Counted from the first letter of the stretch, positions 6,955-16,244 are shown. The stretch is DNA of 39,982 nt from Candidatus Iainarchaeum sp. (GCA_017610175.1 JAFCCO010000015.1:1-39982), one strand, 5' to 3'. The notes: generated by a model not told the origin, from the letters alone. Numbers and translations are program-made.

Positions 6955-7482
6955 TCATCGTTTCACCACATTTTTTCCTTTTTTCATTGGCTTGACCCTT
7001 ATCTTGGCGCCGCTGAACTTCTTTTCCAGCTCTTTTCCGCCAAAAATTCGGTCAAGGGTAACCGCAAGCGCGGCAATTTCGCTATGCGGCTGCAGGGTAA
7101 CACTGATATTTAGGTCACTTAGCTCGTAAACCCCTGGTTCAACCTTTTGCGAACCCACAATCACAAGAATTTTTTCCTTATTTTTAATAGTTCTAATCTT
7201 CTTCTGCAGGCTAAGCCCGTACATGGTCAGATGGACCACAAAATAGCCTTTTTTTTTGTATTCTTCAACGGTTTTTTTCCAGCCGTCTGCAAATTCTACC
7301 TTAAACTTTCCGCCCCAGCGGGCTGAAACATCAGAAATGCTTTTTAAAATAGATTCGTCCCTTTCGCCGTCAATTATAATTTGCTTGGCTCCAAAGGCAC
7401 GGGCAACAAGGCAGCAGTGCGAGCTAACCCTGTAGTCTCTTACCGTGCGGTGGCCGTAGCGAAGAACAACAACTTTAGGCAT
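6955..7482 (-). CDS. trm56: tRNA (cytidine(56)-2'-O)-methyltransferase aTrm56
   Basis: VLRYGHR..RDYRVSSH..LVARAFGA, VHLTMYG, VGSQKV, QPHSEIAAL. Confidence 0.95.
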   Translation of the reverse strand: MPKVVVLRYGHRTVRDYRVSSHCCLVARAFGAKQIIIDGERDESILKSISDVSARWGGKFKVEFADGWKKTVEEYKKKGYFVVHLTMYGLSLQKKIRTIKNKEKILVIVGSQKVEPGVYELSDLNISVTLQPHSEIAALAVTLDRIFGGKELEKKFSGAKIRVKPMKKGKNVVKR

Positions 7483-7605
7483 CAATAAATATTCTTCTGC
7501 AAACCATTTTTATTTCTGATTGATTTTTTAGCAAAATTGGGGCACGGCGGCATTTGCCAAGTCACAGGTAACTATTTAATTGTTTTTTGTTGCAGAATTC
7601 ATTAT

Positions 7606-8898
7606 ATGTTTGACATAAAGCTTATTCGTGAAACCCCGGGAACAGTGCGGGAAAATCTTGGAAAGCGCCAGGAACCGGAATACCTCAAGTGGCTTGATGA
7701 ACTTATTGAAAAGGACACAGAGTGGCGCAGCCTTAAGCAGGAAGCGGACAAGCTTCGTGCAAGAAGAAACGCAATTTCAAAGGAAATTAATATTGTAAAA
7801 AAAGAGGGTAAGGATGCAAAAAAGCTTCTTGAAGAGGCCAAATCAATTCCTCAAAAAATTAAGGAAATTGAGGAAAAGTCAAAGGAACTTGCCGAAAAGA
7901 CCAACTGGTATTTAATGCGCCTGCCCAACCTCCTTAAGGAGTCGGTTCCGTTTGGAAAGAGCGACGAGGACAATGTTGTTGAAAAAGAGGTTGGCAAAAA
8001 GCCAAAGAGGAATTTTGAAATAAAGCACCACGGCCAGCTCGCCGCCGAACTTGATCTTGCCGACTTTGAGCGTGCGGTAAAAATTTCAGGCGCGGGATTT
8101 TTCTATCTCAAAGGGGACTTGGCGCTTCTTGATATTGCGCTTCAACGCTATGCGATAGACAAGCTGCGCAAAAAGGGGTATACCCTTATCCAGCCTCCAC
8201 ACCTTATGCGAACAGACGCCTATGAAGGGGTAGTTGACCTTGCGGACTTTGACACCGTAATGTATAAGGTGGATGGTGAGGACATGCGAATGATTGCAAC
8301 CGCAGAGCATCCCATGGCCGCAATGTACAAGGGGGAGATTCTTGAGGAAGAAAAGCTTCCAATAAAACTCTGTGGGGTAAGCCCGTGTTACAGGAGGGAA
8401 ATTGGAAAGCACGGCCTTGATGAGAGGGGCTTTTTCAGGGTGCACCAGTTTAACAAGGTTGAACAGTTTATTTTCTGCGCCCCGGAAGACGGCGAAAAAT
8501 ACTTCGAGGAAATTGCGCGGAATGCAGAGGAACTTCTTGAGGAGTTGGAGATTCCATACCAGCGAACAAATGTTTGCACCGGGGACCTTGGGATAATTGC
8601 GGCCAAAAAATATGATTTGGTTGGATATTCCCCCCGGGAAGACAAGTTTATTGAGCTAATGTCCTGCAGCAACTGCACAGGTTACCAGGCACGCAGGCTT
8701 GGCATTCGCTTTAGGAAAAAGGGCAGTACAGACAAAGAGGTTGTGCACACATTAAACAACACAATGATTGCAACAACCCGCTTTTTGCGTGTTTTAATTG
8801 AGAATTATCAGACAGAAAAAGGGACAATTGAGGTGCCAAAGGTGCTTCGCCCTTATATGGATGGATTGGAGGAAATCCCGTCAAAAAAGGCAAAGTAA
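7606..8898 (+). CDS. serS: Serine-tRNA ligase (standard type)
   Basis: MFDIKLIRE, coiled-coil arm, IATAEHP, CYRRE, GFFRVHQFNKVEQF, ELMSCSNCT, VHTLN. Confidence 0.97.
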   Translation: MFDIKLIRETPGTVRENLGKRQEPEYLKWLDELIEKDTEWRSLKQEADKLRARRNAISKEINIVKKEGKDAKKLLEEAKSIPQKIKEIEEKSKELAEKTNWYLMRLPNLLKESVPFGKSDEDNVVEKEVGKKPKRNFEIKHHGQLAAELDLADFERAVKISGAGFFYLKGDLALLDIALQRYAIDKLRKKGYTLIQPPHLMRTDAYEGVVDLADFDTVMYKVDGEDMRMIATAEHPMAAMYKGEILEEEKLPIKLCGVSPCYRREIGKHGLDERGFFRVHQFNKVEQFIFCAPEDGEKYFEEIARNAEELLEELEIPYQRTNVCTGDLGIIAAKKYDLVGYSPREDKFIELMSCSNCTGYQARRLGIRFRKKGSTDKEVVHTLNNTMIATTRFLRVLIENYQTEKGTIEVPKVLRPYMDGLEEIPSKKAK

Positions 8899-8957
8899 TG
8901 CTTTAAATACTTATTCAAACCAATTTTTTATGTAGTGCTTCTTTTATTGATGTGAAT

Positions 8958-9031
8958 GGGCCCGTAGCTCAGTCTGGTAGAGCACCTGGCTCTTAACCAG
9001 GGCGTCGAGGGTTCGAATCCCTTCGGGCTCG
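8958..9031 (+). tRNA. tRNA-Lys (CTT)
   Basis: GGGCCCGTAGCTCAG...CCTGG-CTCTTAA-CCAGG...GTTCGAATC...CGGGCTCG. Confidence 0.97.
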
Positions 9032-9091
9032 CTCACTTTTTTCTTTAAAAAGAAAAAGGTTCCTACATATAAATGAAGTATGCCCTTTGTT

Positions 9092-9165
9092 GGGCCCGTA
9101 GCTCAGTCTGGTAGAGCAGTGGCCTTTTAAGCCATGTGTCGAGGGTTCGAATCCCTTCGGGCTCG
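9092..9165 (+). tRNA. tRNA-Lys (TTT)
   Basis: GGGCCCGTAGCTCAG...GTGGC-CTTTTAA-GCCAT...GTTCGAATC...CGGGCTCG. Confidence 0.97.
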
Positions 9166-9208
9166 CTAAATGTCCTTTTAAAACTAAGGGGCGATAAAGT
9201 ATAGCGCC

Positions 9209-9282
9209 GGGACCATAGCTCAGTCTGGGAGAGCACACGGCTGAAGACCGTGGTGTCGCGGGTTCAAATCCCGCTGGTCCCA
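9209..9282 (+). tRNA. tRNA-Phe (GAA)
   Basis: GGGACCATAGCTCAG...CACGG-CTGAAGA-CCGTG...GTTCAAATC...TGGTCCCA. Confidence 0.97.
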
Positions 9283-9305
9283 TCCGGTATTTTGAGTGTT
9301 TTGAA

Positions 9306-9941
9306 ATGGTTGAAAAAAGCGCAATAAAGCTTGGAATTTGCATTCCACTCTACAATCAGGTGCCAAGCATTTTCTTCAAGACGTTCATCAACCTGTTTGT
9401 TTCATCTGCGCAAAAATATCAGGTAAAGCTCTTTACTGTTGACTCCACAGCGGTTGATGTTGCGCGCAATGTGCTTGTTGAAAATTTCTTAAAAAGCGAC
9501 TGCACACACCTTGTGTTTCTTGATTCGGATATGGTTCTTCCCCCAAATCTTGTGGATGTGCTGCTTGCGCATGACAAGGATTTTGTTTCCGCGCTGTATA
9601 TTCTGAGAAAAGCACACCGCCCATGTTACCGTTTTCGCGATGGCGATCATTATAAGGCTCCTGAAAAAGTTGAGCTAAATAAGTTAATCGAGATTGATGC
9701 GGTCGGATTGGGTTCATGCATAATTAAGCGTGAAGTAATTGAAAAGGTTGACAAAGAGAATGAGGGCAAGCCATTGTTCTGCAACAAATATTTATCCCGT
9801 ACAGAGATTAAGGGAGAGGACGTTATATTCTGCGAAGCGGTGAAGAAGGCAGGATTCTCAATATTTGTTGATACCGCTGTTTTGGCAGGGCACTTTGGCG
9901 GCATAATCCCTGAGTCGGCATTCAAAGGCATGCTCTATTAG
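9306..9941 (+). CDS. Glycosyltransferase family 2 (GT-A fold)
   Basis: ICIPLYN, ARN, LVFLDSD (DxD), GLGSCIIKREV, GEDVIFC. Confidence 0.85.
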   Translation: MVEKSAIKLGICIPLYNQVPSIFFKTFINLFVSSAQKYQVKLFTVDSTAVDVARNVLVENFLKSDCTHLVFLDSDMVLPPNLVDVLLAHDKDFVSALYILRKAHRPCYRFRDGDHYKAPEKVELNKLIEIDAVGLGSCIIKREVIEKVDKENEGKPLFCNKYLSRTEIKGEDVIFCEAVKKAGFSIFVDTAVLAGHFGGIIPESAFKGMLY

Positions 9942-9989
9942 AGGGCGTTGAAGCGCTTTTTTTAACTGTTTTGCATCAAGTGGTTTCTT

Positions 9990-11579
9990 ATGGGTGAAGA
10001 CGTTTTTTGGGCGGAAAAGCTTGCAAAAGAAATTGCCGGGCGGAAGAATTTCAAGTTCACTGCCAAGCAGGTTCCAAAGCTTGACGAGTGGACTGTTAAA
10101 AGCAGCAGTTCCCTTTCCGGCGTGCTGCATATTGGAAGGCTTTCTGATTTGATTCGCGGGGAAGCGGTAAGCCGCGCACTTGAAAAACAGGGCTTCAAAC
10201 AGAAATTTATTTACGTTACTGAGGACATGGATCCCTTAAGAAAGGTTCCCAAAGGTGTTCCGCAAGACTTTGAGCAGTATATCGGTGCGCCGGTCTGTGA
10301 CATCCCGGACCCTTTTGGATGCCACAACTCTTATGCCGAGCACTTTGTTTCAACTTTCTTTGATGTCCTAAACGACTTCCTTTTTGTCGAGCCCGATATT
10401 TACTCCATGCGCAAGGAATATGCAAAGGGGAGTTTTAATGACAGCATAAAGGTTCTGATGGAAAACGCAGACAAAGTGCGTGCGATTATTGAGAGCAAGC
10501 AGGATTCAGAGCTCCCCAGTGAGTGGTCTCCCTGGAAGCCTATTTGTGAAAAGTGCGGCAAAATCCAGACCACTGTGCTAACCAAAGTTGACGGGCTGAA
10601 AGTCAGTTACAAATGCCAGGATTATTCTTTTGAGAAGCACACCGCAAAGGGGTGCGGGTTTGAGGGCGAATCGGATTTGAAGAAGGCGAATGGAAAGCTT
10701 GTTTGGAAAAGCGAGTGGGCGGCGCAGTGGCTACATTGGAATGTATGTAGTGAGGGTGCGGGAAAAGAGTATGAGGCAAAGAACAGCGCCTTCTGGGTGA
10801 ATGCCGAAATATGTGAAAAGGTGCTTGGTTTTCCAATGCCTGTTCCAATTTTCTACGAGCATTTAATGGTTGATGGCGTGAAAATGTCAGCATCCCTTGG
10901 CAATGTTGTTTATCCAAAGGATTGGGCAACTGTTTCGCGCCCTGAAGCACTCAAGTACCTTTATATGAAGAAGATTATGAAGTCAAGAAGTTTTTCCTGG
11001 AGGGACATTCCTGTTATTGAGCTCGAGCTTGACCGTGCTCTTGCTTCAAAGGGCAACAGGCTTGTTGAATACTCAAAAATTAAGGGCCGCGGGTTAAGCG
11101 CTGTGCCGGTTGATTATTCAACCATTGCGTCACTTGTTCAGCTTTTTTCTGATGAGAAAGGAGTTTTGGGCGTGCTTTCTTCAATGGGGCTTTTGCCTGA
11201 AAAGCTTTCAAAGGGGGAAAAGGATTCCCTTTCTGAACGAATTGGGTTTGCAAGAATTTGGGTTGAAAAATATGCACCTGAAGAATCAAAGCTTTCTTTT
11301 CTTGAAACACTTTCGGATTCGCAGACAAGCGCGATGGATGCGGAAGCAAGAAAGCTTCTTTCCGACGTTGCAAATGAGGTTGAAACACTTTCCCTCGCGG
11401 ACGAAATTCAACAGGCTATTTTTGAAACGGCCAAGTCAAATACCGTGCCTCCAAAACAAATGTTTAAGGCAATTTATCTTTCACTTACTGGAAAGGAGTC
11501 CGGCCCCAGAGCTGGAATGCTTGTTCTTGCTTTGGGCAAGGAAAAGTGCCTTGCCCGTTTGAAAGAAGCCTCAGCCTGA
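9990..11579 (+). CDS. lysS: Lysine-tRNA ligase, class I
   Basis: FWAE, SGVLHIG (HIGH), DMDPLRKVP, GKLVWK.EW, KMSAS (KMSKS), GPRAG. Confidence 0.96.
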   Translation: MGEDVFWAEKLAKEIAGRKNFKFTAKQVPKLDEWTVKSSSSLSGVLHIGRLSDLIRGEAVSRALEKQGFKQKFIYVTEDMDPLRKVPKGVPQDFEQYIGAPVCDIPDPFGCHNSYAEHFVSTFFDVLNDFLFVEPDIYSMRKEYAKGSFNDSIKVLMENADKVRAIIESKQDSELPSEWSPWKPICEKCGKIQTTVLTKVDGLKVSYKCQDYSFEKHTAKGCGFEGESDLKKANGKLVWKSEWAAQWLHWNVCSEGAGKEYEAKNSAFWVNAEICEKVLGFPMPVPIFYEHLMVDGVKMSASLGNVVYPKDWATVSRPEALKYLYMKKIMKSRSFSWRDIPVIELELDRALASKGNRLVEYSKIKGRGLSAVPVDYSTIASLVQLFSDEKGVLGVLSSMGLLPEKLSKGEKDSLSERIGFARIWVEKYAPEESKLSFLETLSDSQTSAMDAEARKLLSDVANEVETLSLADEIQQAIFETAKSNTVPPKQMFKAIYLSLTGKESGPRAGMLVLALGKEKCLARLKEASA

Positions 11580-12320
11580 TTATTCCCCGAGCTCGTCCTC
11601 TATTTTTTGAACCCTTATTCCGGTTTCCGTTATGTCAAGCGGGTGCAAATCTTCTGAGTGCTTTGTTGCACGCATTTTTCTTACGTGGAGAATTCTGTTG
11701 CTCTGTGTCCCCACTCCCATGTAATGGAGTACAATAACGCCGTCAACAACATACTCTTCAACACCGTATTTTCCAAACTTGCCGGTTCCTTCCTGAACTT
11801 CACTTGTCAGAATGGACGTTACCCCGCTTCTCATTAGCATGTAGCTGAGCTTGAGGATGGCTTTTCTTACGTCATTCTCATTTTCAAAGTTGAATCCAAG
11901 CGCCGGTATGCTGTCAATTACAACGCGCTTTGCGCCGATTCTCTTTATGACCCGCATTACCTCCAGCAACAGCTTGTCAACATCAAAACCAGTTACCGGC
12001 AGCGAAAATTCTTCTTCCGAGGGCATTCCAAGTTTTGCAATGCTCCCGTCAATTAGTTGTATCATGTTTTGGTCTTCAAGCTTTTTGAGGTCCCAGCCAA
12101 ACCTTAGAACATCTTCCCTTATCAAATCAGGCCTTTCATCAAGAGTAACATATACTCCGGGCTCGTTCATTTCTTTTGCACCCCTGTATATGTATTCCAT
12201 GCAGAAAATTGTTTTTCCGGTTCCGCACCCTCCGCTCACAAGTATGCTTCTTCCGTCCGGAAAGCCCCCTTCTATTAGTTCATCAAGTCCTTTAATTCCA
12301 GTTTTTACTCTGTTCAACAA
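11580..12320 (-). CDS. KaiC-like RecA-superfamily ATPase (single domain)
   Basis: RVKTGIKGLDELIEGG, GGCGTGKT, RVVIDS, EYVVDGVI, VRKMRATKH. Confidence 0.9.
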   Translation of the reverse strand: MLNRVKTGIKGLDELIEGGFPDGRSILVSGGCGTGKTIFCMEYIYRGAKEMNEPGVYVTLDERPDLIREDVLRFGWDLKKLEDQNMIQLIDGSIAKLGMPSEEEFSLPVTGFDVDKLLLEVMRVIKRIGAKRVVIDSIPALGFNFENENDVRKAILKLSYMLMRSGVTSILTSEVQEGTGKFGKYGVEEYVVDGVIVLHYMGVGTQSNRILHVRKMRATKHSEDLHPLDITETGIRVQKIEDELGE

Positions 12321-12394
12321 ATACCACCTTTAAATTTTTAGTATGAGATTCTGTATTAATTACTGGTCTCACCTTAATATATTTTTTGTTTGGG

Positions 12395-14275
12395 CTATTT
12401 TCTCTCTACATTCAGCACATAGGGCAAAGCAGATATTTTTTCAATTGCCTTGTCCAATTGCCCTTTTTTTTGGATTCTCACATTGAACAGGCAGCTTGTT
12501 ATGCTGTTTTTGTTTGTTTTTGCGTTGGTTGAGTCAATTTTTATGCGGTTTTCTGAAAAAATTTTCAGAAGTTCCGGAAAAAGGGCTGCATTGTCTTTTG
12601 CCTCTATTGCAAGCGCGGTTTCATAGTTTTTTTCCGCGCCCAGCCATTCAACGGTAATCACTTTGGCCTTGTCCACCCCCTTAATCCCCGGGCAGCTTTT
12701 TCTGTGCACTGAAATTTTTCTCTTAGTTGTTTTGTACCCAATAATTTCGTCTCCGGGAAGGGGTTTGCAGCATTTGGCCATCCTTATGCTTAAGTCAGAG
12801 GTTGTTTTTTCAACGATTCTCGGCTTCTTTTTTCTGGAGGTGTGCTCCCTTATTCCAAGAGCCTGCTTTATTTTGCTTTTTGCCTTTTCTGTTTTGACAA
12901 AATTAAGCCACTGCCTCTTAACCTGTTTCTTTGGGCCGGTAATTATTTCAATTGTGTCTGAATTTTCAAGCACATGGTTTAGCCCAACAGCTTTGCCATT
13001 CACTTTTGTTCCTTTTGCCCGGCATCCAATATCGGAGTGTATTGCGTATGCGAAATCTATCGGGGTTGAGTTCTCCCTCAAAATTATGACCTGCCTTTTT
13101 GGAGTGAATACAAAAATCCGTTCCTCTCCGGACCTTGCTTTAAGGCTTTGTCTTAGGGCGCTTGATTCCTTGTGGGTTTTGTGCCAGTCCATCAACTGTT
13201 TAACCATTGTCAATTTTCTGTCAAAATATTTATCTTTGCGGTTTCCTTTGTACTGCCAGTGTGCCGCAAGCCCGACTTCGTCGTCCCAGTGCATTTGCCA
13301 TGTTCTGATTTGCACTTCTGCGGGCGCCCTGTTTTTTATAATTACGGTGTGGATGCTTTTGTACTTATTGTCTTTTGCGTCTGCGATGTAGTCGCGAAAC
13401 TTGTGTTCTATAGTTTGGTAGTTTGAATTGATTGTCCCAAGGGCCTTGTAGCAGTCTTCTACGCTGTTGCAGATTATTCTTGCGCCCTGCAAATCATATA
13501 TTTCGTTGAACGGCTTTCGCTTCATTTTTTTGAATATGCTGTAAAAGTGCTTTGCCCTTGCAAGCACAATAGTGTCAAGCCCATGTTTTTTCATGAGCTT
13601 TTCAAGTTCTTCCCCCAACTCCTTTGCGTCCTTTTCCCGCGTAACTCTTTTTGCGCCGAGAAGATCCTTTATTCTGTTGAATTCAACCCTGTAAAGCTGT
13701 TTGAATGCCAAGTCCTCCAACATCCATTCAAATTCGTTTATTCCAAGTTTGTGGCAGAGTGGGGCGTAAACATTTAGTGCAATCATTGCCTTTTGTTTCG
13801 CCTCTGTTTCATTGACAAATTCCTCGGCCATAAACCGGTCGATTGTTGAGGCGATTTTTATGAAAATTGTTCTAATGTCTTTTGCCGAGGCAAGCATAAT
13901 TGTTGACAAAAGCCCCCAGTCCACCCTGTCAAGATTTGCTTCCTCCACCACCCTGCTTTTTTGCTGTTCGTCAATTAGTTCCACAATGTCTTTTCCAAAC
14001 AGCTTTTCAATCTCTTTTCTTTCAGAATCGTCTTTGCAGTCGGCGTGGTGCAATAGCACAGCCGTTATCATCTCTTCGTCGGGCGAGAGCTTTGCCATTA
14101 TTTTTGCGGTATTAAGCAGGTGTTCTTTGAAGAGCCGCCCTGTTGGGGTAGTCTGCTGGCTAATAGAATTAGCTGCATATTCAAAAGTCTTTTTTAAGCG
14201 GGCAAAGTTTAGTTTTACCCCCTTTTCCCGTAGTTTTTCCTCCAGCTGGCTAAAGGAAGTTATTATCTCCTGCAT
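12395..14275 (-). CDS. Long RelA/SpoT homologue: degenerate HD, synthetase, TGS, Cys-containing domain and ACT
   Basis: YAPLCHKLGI, LEDLAF, RAKHFYSI..KM, DLQGARII, DYIA..K.N.YKSIHT, EVQIRT.QMH, GLAAHWQYK, IFVFTPK, TPIDFAYAIHSDIG, MAKCCKPLPGD, C-terminal ACT. Confidence 0.95.
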   Translation of the reverse strand: MQEIITSFSQLEEKLREKGVKLNFARLKKTFEYAANSISQQTTPTGRLFKEHLLNTAKIMAKLSPDEEMITAVLLHHADCKDDSERKEIEKLFGKDIVELIDEQQKSRVVEEANLDRVDWGLLSTIMLASAKDIRTIFIKIASTIDRFMAEEFVNETEAKQKAMIALNVYAPLCHKLGINEFEWMLEDLAFKQLYRVEFNRIKDLLGAKRVTREKDAKELGEELEKLMKKHGLDTIVLARAKHFYSIFKKMKRKPFNEIYDLQGARIICNSVEDCYKALGTINSNYQTIEHKFRDYIADAKDNKYKSIHTVIIKNRAPAEVQIRTWQMHWDDEVGLAAHWQYKGNRKDKYFDRKLTMVKQLMDWHKTHKESSALRQSLKARSGEERIFVFTPKRQVIILRENSTPIDFAYAIHSDIGCRAKGTKVNGKAVGLNHVLENSDTIEIITGPKKQVKRQWLNFVKTEKAKSKIKQALGIREHTSRKKKPRIVEKTTSDLSIRMAKCCKPLPGDEIIGYKTTKRKISVHRKSCPGIKGVDKAKVITVEWLGAEKNYETALAIEAKDNAALFPELLKIFSENRIKIDSTNAKTNKNSITSCLFNVRIQKKGQLDKAIEKISALPYVLNVERK

Positions 14276-14347
14276 ATCCTCTAAATTTTCTTGTATGAAA
14301 TGTTTAAATAGTTCTTTTTTATCTAAGTTAAAGCGATTAATGCAATA

Positions 14348-14683
14348 GTGTGTAACACGCGGGGCAAGGTAAGGAATGTTACATCGGCACAGCTTTCTTC
14401 TGAAATTTCAAAGAAGGGAGCGGTCTGGGTTGATGTCCTTAACCCTTCCCGTGAAGACCTTGATTTTCTTGAGGAATCCCTTGGAATTCACGGCCTTGCT
14501 CTTGAGAACTGTCTTGAGGAAACCCCGCACCCTAAGTTTGAGCCGTACGGCGGCCACTTTTTTATGACCACTCAGGAGCTGCACTACAATAAGGGGGCAT
14601 TAATTTTCAATGAGCTTGATATGATTCTTGGACCGGGTTTGGTTATTTCTTCGCTCTCGGGCTTATGGCCGCGGTTGGTTTAA
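14348..14683 (+). pseudogene. corA: Truncated CorA-family Mg/Co transporter (N-terminal third only)
   Basis: VWVDVLNPS.EDL..L...LGIHGLALENCL...PHPKFE matches the CorA N-terminus; stops at 111 aa, with no GMN motif or TM helices before tpiA. Confidence 0.8.
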
Positions 14684-14737
14684 TAATGATTTTCTTCTTT
14701 AAAAGAAAACATTGGCTTTAACAGGGGGGTATTTGTT

Positions 14738-15424
14738 ATGCAAATTAAGACACCGGTTTTGTTTATTAATTTCAAGACTTATGAGCAGTCGACCGGGGAA
14801 AACGCGGTTAAGCTTGCTAAGGCGGCAGAGGAAGCCGCAAATGAAGTGGGGGCATTAGTTGTTCTCGTTGTGCAGGCTGCAGACCTAAGACTTGTGTCTT
14901 CAAGTGTTTCACTCCCTGTTTTTGCGCAGCACATAGACCCGGTCTCATTCGGTTCAAATACCGGAAAAACTTTGCCAGAGGCTGTAAAGGCGGCGGGCGC
15001 CACCGGAACAGTTTTAAGCCACGCTGAAAACAAGCAAAATAACGAGTTTATTGAAAAGGCAATGGCCCGCGCCCGTGAAATGGGCTTTGATGTTATGGTT
15101 TGTGCAGAGGATCTTGAGCGCGCAAAGCAGATTGCGGCGATGAATCCAAAGCCTGATTTGATTGCGGTTGAACCCCCTGAACTTATTGGCGGGGACATAA
15201 GTGTTTCGACAGCACACCCTGAGCTCATTACCGATTCGGTTAAGGCCATTAAGGAAATTGCCCCAGGCATAGAGGTTATTACAGGGGCGGGAATTAAGAA
15301 TCAGGGGGATGTTGCAAAGGCAATCGAGCTTGGAACAGTCGGAGTTTTTGTTGCAAGCGGTATTGTTAAGGCTGAGAATCAGAAGGAAGCAATTATTGAT
15401 TTGCTGCGGGGGCTTAAGCAGTAA
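14738..15424 (+). CDS. tpiA: Triosephosphate isomerase, archaeal type
   Basis: INFKTY, FAQHID, SHAE, AVEPPELIG, GAGI, VASG. Confidence 0.96.
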   Translation: MQIKTPVLFINFKTYEQSTGENAVKLAKAAEEAANEVGALVVLVVQAADLRLVSSSVSLPVFAQHIDPVSFGSNTGKTLPEAVKAAGATGTVLSHAENKQNNEFIEKAMARAREMGFDVMVCAEDLERAKQIAAMNPKPDLIAVEPPELIGGDISVSTAHPELITDSVKAIKEIAPGIEVITGAGIKNQGDVAKAIELGTVGVFVASGIVKAENQKEAIIDLLRGLKQ

Positions 15425-15443
15425 AAATTGGAGGGATTTTTTT

Positions 15444-15752
15444 ATGGACGACAGAAACATTCAGGTTGCAAATTCACCAAACGTTGACGAAATAGACAAG
15501 GCGAAAATAAACTTAAGCCTCAACAAATGTTATGACACGCTTTACGGCATAGTTAACAACAAGATGCTGTTGAAGGTTCATTTCAAGGAGGATGAGGCGA
15601 CAGGCGCAAGAAAGAAACATTCAGTTAATCTGCATCTTTCAATTCCCGGAGTTGAGGTTACTGCAGTTGGTTTGGGCTGGAATTTGATAACTGCGTTGCA
15701 GGAAGCGATTGAAACTCTTGAAAGGGAGACAATTAAAAAAGTAAAATCTTAA
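15444..15752 (+). CDS. Stand-alone HPF/RaiA-like (ribosome hibernation factor fold) protein
   Basis: 102 aa; LKVHFK...GARKKHSVNLHL...VTA...GWNLITALQEAIETLEREI-type beta-alpha-beta-beta-beta-alpha pattern; GGAGGG upstream of ATG 15444. Confidence 0.65.
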   Translation: MDDRNIQVANSPNVDEIDKAKINLSLNKCYDTLYGIVNNKMLLKVHFKEDEATGARKKHSVNLHLSIPGVEVTAVGLGWNLITALQEAIETLERETIKKVKS

Positions 15753-15755
15753 GGC

Positions 15756-16244
15756 CTACTTCCTTTTTTTCTTTTTTGATTTAGGCGTTGCCTTTTTCTT
15801 AACGGGCTTTTTGGCCCTTGCCTTTGTTTTCTTTGCAGATTTTCGCGCGGTACTTTTCTTTGCAGGCTTCTTTGCCGCTTTTTTTGATTTTGCGGATTTT
15901 CTGCTTTTTTTGGGTTTTGCCTTTACTTTTTTCTTATTTGCCTTCTTCTTGGGTTTTGCTTTCTTTTTTGCAGGCTTCTTTGCCGCTTTTTTTGGTTTTT
16001 TGGCATTTGCCTTCTTTTTTGCCCTTCTCTTTGGGTTATTGGAGGGCCTTGCCCTTACAAGCGACGGCATAAATGTCTGGAAATCGTCCTCTTCTCCGCC
16101 TTCGTTTAGTTCTTTGCGCATTTCAGCAATAATGTCCTTTACTGTCATTTTTTCTTCAGTCAATGTAGTTCCTCCAGAAGAAGAATAATCAATTATGATG
16201 CGTTTTCTTATATTTATTCTTTTTCCTTTCTTCTTTTGGGCCAA
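15756..16244 (-). CDS. Lys/Ala-rich histone H1-like basic protein
   Basis: C-terminal ~90 aa of K/A/P repeats (KKAAKKPAKK twice) after a short mixed-charge domain; start uncertain (TTG). Confidence 0.7.
   Translation of the reverse strand: MAQKKKGKRINIRKRIIIDYSSSGGTTLTEEKMTVKDIIAEMRKELNEGGEEDDFQTFMPSLVRARPSNNPKRRAKKKANAKKPKKAAKKPAKKKAKPKKKANKKKVKAKPKKSRKSAKSKKAAKKPAKKSTARKSAKKTKARAKKPVKKKATPKSKKKKRK

Noticed and set aside
8993-9343. 116-aa minus-strand ORF (and 38610-38924)
   Set aside because: Antisense shadows of tRNA genes (GFEPAT/GFEPST pattern).
11580-12320. Circadian clock KaiC
   Set aside because: Single domain with no kaiA/kaiB nearby; belongs to the widespread archaeal KaiC-like ATPases.
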